The notes below the pieces were generated by a model that searched no databases, was not told the DNA's origin, and saw nothing but the letters and a program-made list of their open reading frames with translations. Source: Balanoglossus misakiensis (Eukaryota > Animalia > Hemichordata). From it: a stretch of 64,000 nucleotides of DNA. Position 1 is the first letter of the stretch. The number at the start of each line of letters is the position of its first letter. The DNA is taken from the NCBI GenBank assembly GCA_040954595.2, contig CM082594.2, positions 5,441,319-5,505,318 on the forward strand, written 5' to 3'. Below, in pieces: positions 57,382 through 64,000 of the stretch. Made by a program: the position numbers and the translations under genes.

Positions 57382-60300
57382 ATGCATGAAAATGTCCGTG
57401 AAGAATCAGCCAAGCATGCTGCCACCGTTCTGTACGGAGCTCTCCCTCAGACGTCGTATCCTCCCCGGGACGTAGAATCCCCCCACTCACAGTCGTTCAC
57501 CAGCAGTCAGCTGGTGTACAACGAACGCGAGATGAAGTTCTCATCCGTTCGTCGGATGTTCTGTCTTGTGACGCTGTTTGATCTGCTCTTTATCTTCCTC
57601 TTGTGGATGCTTCATGCAAGTGTAAGTTTCGTTAGAATAGTAACATCTTATGTGTGCTGTCAGTACTGGCACGTTTCTGATGATAAACGTACTCTGACGA
57701 AATAGCGTAAATTTACAATCACATACCACGGTCTGTGAATTTGAGAAAATTTTACTGTGTTATAAGCAAAATCCATGATGGCTATAAATGACATGCTGTT
57801 TTACTTATGTAAGTCACATAGATCACACGCAAGACAGAAAATGTTTTCATAAAATAAGTTTTATGTTATTCTTGACAGGTATCTGTTGGATTACAAACAG
57901 CATTCAGATGCCAGCTACAGGAATACAACATCAAAACTTCTCTGTTCGATATCGTTTTACTGTCGGCTGCCAGAATGGTGCTTCTGCTTCTGGCCTATGC
58001 TCTGTGTAAGAGTAAACACTGGTTCACGGTCGCAGTGAGTATTCCTGTCTATGCACAATGTTCTGCTTTTGATCGCTCTTCCACATGGTTCCAAATTAAC
58101 CCTTTCACCCCTCAGTTCACTGTGGAGAGGTCCTGGATGGTCGTTGAGAGCAATGGGCTTGGACCAAACCATGGTGGGGATTTTAGGTGACAATGGAGTG
58201 TTCAAAGATTTCTGCGTGACAGTTGCTTTTTCTTCTCTGAAAATTCCTAATCTCTTGTCTCCACTATTATAAAGGAGGTTAAAACCTGAAATTTCTTTTT
58301 GTAATTTTATTTCAGTTTACAACTTTTGCCACCTGTGCCTTCCTTATAGCAAAAGTCATAGTTTTTGACTGGGTAAGTAAAAAACTTTCCCCATTGGCCT
58401 AGCTTTGAGTTCAAATACATGATGAAAAGTGTGTATTGCTGTGTGGATTATATAGTCTGCAAGACCAAGAAAGGATTGATGATTTTAACAGTTCCATTGA
58501 AATCTCCGAAAGGCATAGGTTGTCATCTTCAAGTCAAAGCCATGTCTATAGAGATGCAGGCTACAAATAATTTTTTTTATCAAAGTTGCCTGATTGTGTA
58601 ATTTGTGATATGAGGGCATGATGTGGAATTTGGATTATTCCGACAGAACCAGCACAGTACAGCCCTTGAATGCAAGCCAGGCACCGGAAGCACCCATCCG
58701 CTGGATTACATCATATTCCTGATGTCCTTTTCCATGGCTTGGATAGAAACGTGGGTACTGGATTGGAAAGTGATTCCCAGGGAGAAGAAGATTGCTGAAC
58801 GTAAGTCATCAAAAACAAACAAAACAACAACAAACAATGCACGGTGTACTATGTTTACTTACCTTACTATCAAGATGCAGAGAATTGCCATCCTGTCCCA
58901 TAGAACATCACGGTTTACTCAATAACAGAGACGGTGCCCCATTCTCGTGAAAGCTCAAATTGGTTACATCTTTGTTTACAAATAAATAGAAAAATTCTTT
59001 GTCCTTTTACACAGTGTATGAGAGGCAAACTCTGCCAAGTGAGAGAGAGCCTCTGTTACCTGACTTTCCACAGAGGGAGAGGAGGTATGACTCTTCCGAC
59101 AGAGGGACGGAGTTTTATTCACCTGTCAGTACACCTGTGGGTAAGTTCCAACCAATCAAAATTCTTTAAAGGATTCTCTTGAAAATAATATATTGCATGC
59201 CGACTTAGGTTGAAGACCCTCTCTTCTCACAGGATTTACTCATCCAGGATTTTCTGGTTTGCTTCCACAGGTAGTGAAACTGAAAGTGATTTTGACAGTG
59301 ACGAAGGCAATGAACACAGGAAAACCTTCCATTCTCTTCCGGCCAGTCAGAGTGCTAGTCTGACAAATCTTCATTTACTTGCACCAAAGGTAAAAAGCGT
59401 TTATGCTGAAATATAGCTTGCCCGTCACCTGGAAATGACAACGTCTTGGGTCACATGGCCAGATCACGCGATTGATTGTAAAGACTTGTACAAAATGTAC
59501 TGCATTTGCCACAACTGCTTTCAAACATGGTTAATTCCTTTTCCTTTTGCAGGATCAAGAATATTTCCACCGAGGCAAAGACGCCATGGAGAAAATGCTG
59601 CAGATTTTACAATCTGAGGACGGATGGAAGTTAGAGAAAGAAAACAAATCTGGTGTCACTGTGTACACCAAAGATTTCGGAGGAGGGATTGGAAGAATTT
59701 ATAAAATGCAGGTGAGATACGGCACCATCATGTGGCAAAGCTCTACAATCACTGTATGCAAATTGCAAATGAAATGTAATATAGTACATTGCATGTGCTT
59801 CAAATGATATTATGATTGAAAATATAGAAAAAATATGCAGAGAAGCCTGTACAAAAATTCTGTCACACCAATGTTCACCTTTTCTTGTTCAACCCTTTTA
59901 CCATCATGGTTCAGTCCAAACCCATTGTTCTCTATGGTAAGGTTGGACCTCAAAAGAGGGAACTGGGGGTGAAAGGGTTAAATACTTGCATCATCTTTGA
60001 GTTTTTCATGAAGGAATACTGGCTGTGACGCACCCTTTTACTGCAGTTGAAACTCACCTTTTTGTGGTAAATCATCAGAAAGCAACTAAACTGTGAACTG
60101 ACGTTATCTTCATCGTTTCCATGACAGGGAATCATACAAATCGATGCGAGGCTGCTGTTTGAAGAATTATTTTACAGATTGGAAGACTCGCCGAGGTGGA
60201 ATCCGACCATTGCAGACGCCAAAATATTACACACCATCGACGAACATACGGATATCTCTTACAACCAGGCAGCTGAATCAACGGGGGGCATCGTAGCCAC

Positions 60301-61233
60301 AAGGTAAACGGAACAGCCTCTGTAAATTGACCTATGGTCAGTTTTTGTGCATAGCGACAGAACCTCAAGTGCTTGTGGGTTTGGAATGACATTTTGAGGC
60401 TGTGAAAACCAGTTTTGGTTGTTATCATGATGATTTACATGTCTGTGACCAAAACTTTTCTCTGTCGTACACCAGGGACTTTGTGACTGTCCGGCACTGG
60501 CAGTTGGTGGAAGGCATGTACATATCGAGTGGCCAAGCTGTAGAGTACGAAGGGATGCCGCCCAAATCGGACTGCGTCAGGTAAGGATCAGGTTTGACGG
60601 CCGAAACTTCACCAACTTTTATTAGAAGGCGATAAAATGATGCTTAATGCAGCAGATATTTCTTCATCTTTTTGTACTCAACATTCTATGATTGTACGTC
60701 ATCTGGAGAATAATTTTGCAGTATATTTCAATCTGTCTTCCTAGGGGTACCAACGGCCCAGGAGGCTGGGCAATTAAAGTGTTGCCAGGGAAACCAGCCA
60801 AATGCCAGCTGACGTGGATACTTAACACAGATCTCAAATTTCAGGTAAGCAGTTGAATGCATTTAACCTTGCCTTACGGAGCTGAGCAGGATAGCTCATT
60901 TTTATCATTTTCACACATTTCTCCCTCTTTTTTTTTCTTAATTCTAGACCAAATGGATAATATAATCAATTGTTTGCTGGTCTTTATCAAAATTTTAGAG
61001 AAAAAATTTGGAAAAAATTATGAGGTGAATTTTGTGAAAAATGACGACATGTTGACAATTGTGTTGAAAGGGTTATGGTATTCTCTGATTCACTGACTCA
61101 TTCTCTGAATTTCTTCCAGGGTTGGATGCCACAGTACATAATAGACCAGGCACTGACGGGAGTCTTGGTGGACATATATAAATACGTGACCCACAGGGTT
61201 GAACAGATGAAAAGCCTCAACCGAACTCTCTAG
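57382..61233 (+). CDS. STARD3: StAR-related lipid transfer protein 3 (MENTAL + START domains), 11 coding exons
   Basis: Exons 57382-57621 (FSSVRRMFCLVTLFDLLFIFLLW), 57879-58034, 58316-58372, 58647-58800 (MAWIETWVLDWKVIPRE), 59015-59140 (FFAT-like EFYSP), 59271-59389, 59553-59711, 60128-60303, 60476-60580 (RDFVTVRHW), 60745-60844, 61120-61233 (GWMPQYIIDQAL). A probable non-coding first exon lies at ~52690-52884. Confidence 0.93.
58096..58188. mobile_element. ~90-bp piggyBac-like MITE copy (3' end decayed)
   Basis: ttaa-CCCTTTCACCCCTCAGTTC...CAATGGGCTTGGACCAAACCATGGTGGG. Confidence 0.7.
59889..59981. mobile_element. ~90-bp piggyBac-like MITE copy (opposite orientation to 55741)
   Basis: tcaa-CCCTTTTACCATCATGGTTCAGTCCAAACCCATTG...GAGGGAACTGGGGGTGAAAGGG-ttaa. 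Confidence 0.78.
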
Positions 61234-62141
61234 AGAGGTGGAAATTGTTGAAGAAATGTTTAATTGCTTGCGCGCTTTATGTGATGTTTGTATTGCCTCC
61301 AATACACATATTTTGTGGTGATGATACTAGTAATGCTTGGAGAACACTGATGTGATGCGAGTTTTTAAATATGCCAAGAAATCAGACTTGGGCGATTCGT
61401 AGTGGTATCAGTGATCAAGACATACAAGAATCTTGAATCAAACATTTTTTTAATACTGGGAGAACACTATATGTGATAGCAACTGTGTGTACACTGAGAA
61501 AATGAAGTTTGAAAGAATGCTGTACTAGAGGAACTTACATAACTCGGAAAAGACTACTATGAGCCAAGTTGTTCATACCAACAGAATGTACATGGAAAAT
61601 TACATTGTTATCAGTGCTTGAATCCATCTCCATCTGCAAAACGACTTTGCATAACAGGAGAGTCTACCAAGATTTAGCGTGCCATCTAGTGTTGATATAG
61701 GCAGCTGTGTTTTGCAAACACACACCAAATATATTCCATATTGGGATTGGACATTTACTACTCGACTACAGGGCAGAATCCTTGGAGATGACCATGGAAA
61801 CTCAGTGATTTAAACTCTACAAGGATCATGTAGACAATTTCCCCTTTGCACCCTGACCCCCTGGTGACCTATGATGTCATGAAGTTTTCTTCCACTTTCT
61901 GGGATCTGCAAAGATTTTCGTGTGCGTGATATGAATAATTGTGTCAAGCAGTAGCAGAAACTGCAATGTGAATGTATAATTCACTACACAACCTGTCTAA
62001 ACTGGAATTTATATTGAATAACCTTCCCCTTTCCCTGATGTTAGGACGAGGAACTGCTGCAAACAAAAATGAAAAATGAGACTGGTGATTTTCCTCAGGA
62101 CCTAGGTTCCCTATTTACACAGGTGTACACACTTACGTACG

Positions 62142-62172
<31 letters not shown>

Positions 62173-62694
62173 GTACATACTCAGAATCCAACAGACCTTT
62201 CAGTCGAGTTGAATATCATGATGAAAATAATGAAGTGGAGACTTTATTCTATCTATCACGCAATGTGATGACCCAAAAAACATGAATCAAGAATACTGTC
62301 TTGTGAGAATTAGGAGACATTTTAATTATACCTTTACAGGGCAGATTCCGGCAGAAGTAAAATACAAGTGCATTCTAACTTTGTCTTTAATAGTGCTAAA
62401 GCGAACTTGTCTCAAAATAGAGAGTACTCTATAAGAAAATGTGTAGTCTCCAATCCCTGCTCTTGGTTCCATGCTGACTCAATCATTGGTGCTAGGGGGT
62501 CAAAATAACAGGATGTTGCAATGCATCTTGGGTAAGAACCAGTCTGTGCATGTACAAGATGCTGATTGACTATCTAATGTAAATTCTGTTTTATAGCTAC
62601 TCAGGTTTTGAAGCGTAGTATTAGGAGTATGGAAAAAAATTACAAACAAAAAATCCTGACAAGAACATGTTTAATTTGACAAATAATTTTTAGG

Positions 62695-62827
62695 GTCTGC
62701 TCCCAAACTGGCCTTTATAGACAGGTGGCCTTTACTGCACACATAAATTATACAGTGACTGTGACAAAGTGGCCACTATAGACAAGTTTCCACTATACAG
62801 AGGTGGCCACTAATACAGGTTTGACTA
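62695..62827. mobile_element. Fragment of a pogo/Tigger-like (Tc1/mariner) MITE in STARD3 3' region
   Basis: Repeated gtggcc(a/t)(c/t)ta...aca(g/a) subunits ending in CAGGTTTGACTA; the reverse complement (T)AGTCAAACCTG resembles the CAGTC-type terminal repeats of these elements. Only one end is recognisable. Confidence 0.5.
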
Positions 62828-64000
62828 GTTATTTTCCTATGAGTTTGCCTGCTAGGGTGATTATATGATTTTTAGGCATTTTGCAATTCTGGAATTGTTA
62901 TAGCGGATGAGTTGTAAGTTTTGAAGATTTTATTTCACTGGCACTAAAGATACTCAGTTTCATTTCTTATACATGTACAATTTTTTAGAAGTTGACCCAT
63001 GCATGATGATATGATGCCATGCATACTAGTGTCCACATTCTGAGGATTCACAGATAGCACCTTCACTTGGGAGTTTGAATGATTTTAACGGATGCCATGA
63101 TCAGGAATCAAATTTTTTTACATCATTTCAAGACTACACTTGATAAATGATGCATACTTTGTTCACATGATGTATATATACGCCAAGCTATATTAGCTCT
63201 GTGACTGTAGTGCAGTTTGTACATTGTATTTGGAGTGGTGGGTAGCTTTTTACTTGAACCATGTACAGTTATTAATGAAAGGCTGCTTTGTTTTTTGTAC
63301 AAAAAAAGTATTATAGTATTAAAGTGAAAGAGAGCTGACCATACCAGTAATATTGTGTCGATAGAAACATTTTTTTTTTTAATTTCTCATTATCCATTAA
63401 CAATGGTTCATGGCCCATAAAGCTGCTTATGGCACGATATATACTGGAATAATTCAACAAATAAATTTCATATTCTAAATATTTTATTATGCATATTCCA
63501 AAATATGTACATGTTCAATTCTATAAGGGATTTTTACAAAACAACAAAATATTGTACACATATCCAAATCTTCACAAAATGTTGGAAATACAATGTTTCT
63601 TGCTTGCAATCAAAAACATAAATTACAGAACTTATGAATTTTTAAGTATTATTCAGAACGCTCCATCCTCCACTAGTGAACTTTAAACTTTGACTGTGAC
63701 ATTGGTCACATATCAATAGTTGGCACTTTAATATAGGGCAGATTCCACCAATCAAAATGCTTGTTTTAAGATATACCAACATTGGTCAGGTAAATTTGTT
63801 TACCGTTTAAATGAAAATGTACAGAAAACCCGGTAAAATGTACCAGAAACTGGTACCAGAAGTCACCATGTACAATTAGATATTCTCCACATCAATACTA
63901 GTATATAATCTTGTACAATATCCTCTGAATTAACAAAACACGAAGATGTAAATATATGAATACTATCAAAACTGTACTTTAAAAACCCTCAATTGTGATT

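Noticed and set aside
56908-57387. Poly-His and poly-Met ORFs
   Set aside because: Translations of an intronic (CAT)n microsatellite.

Overview
AT-rich, intron-containing genomic DNA from an animal, probably a marine invertebrate bilaterian; it is not prokaryotic. I assembled eight spliced protein-coding genes by hand from splice sites and protein similarity: an SLC45/lovit-like transporter (+), CNPY2 (-), FASTKD3-like (+), a Lifeguard/TMBIM gene (-), DNAJC9 (+), MEIOC (+), UBXN4 (-) and STARD3 (+). They mostly form head-to-head and tail-to-tail pairs. The most unusual non-coding feature is a ~1.45-kb near-perfect palindrome upstream of, or in intron 1 of, MEIOC, whose outer ends carry mirrored ZNF143/Staf-like and YY1-like motifs. 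Other notable features are a 102/112-bp minisatellite, a U12-type intron and an extra cassette-like exon in UBXN4, a GC-AG intron in DNAJC9, a 7-copy TTAA-flanked MITE family, other foldback elements, and opposed poly(A) signals between convergent genes. Gene names rest on my recall of homologous proteins; no searches were run, and coordinates were counted by hand.
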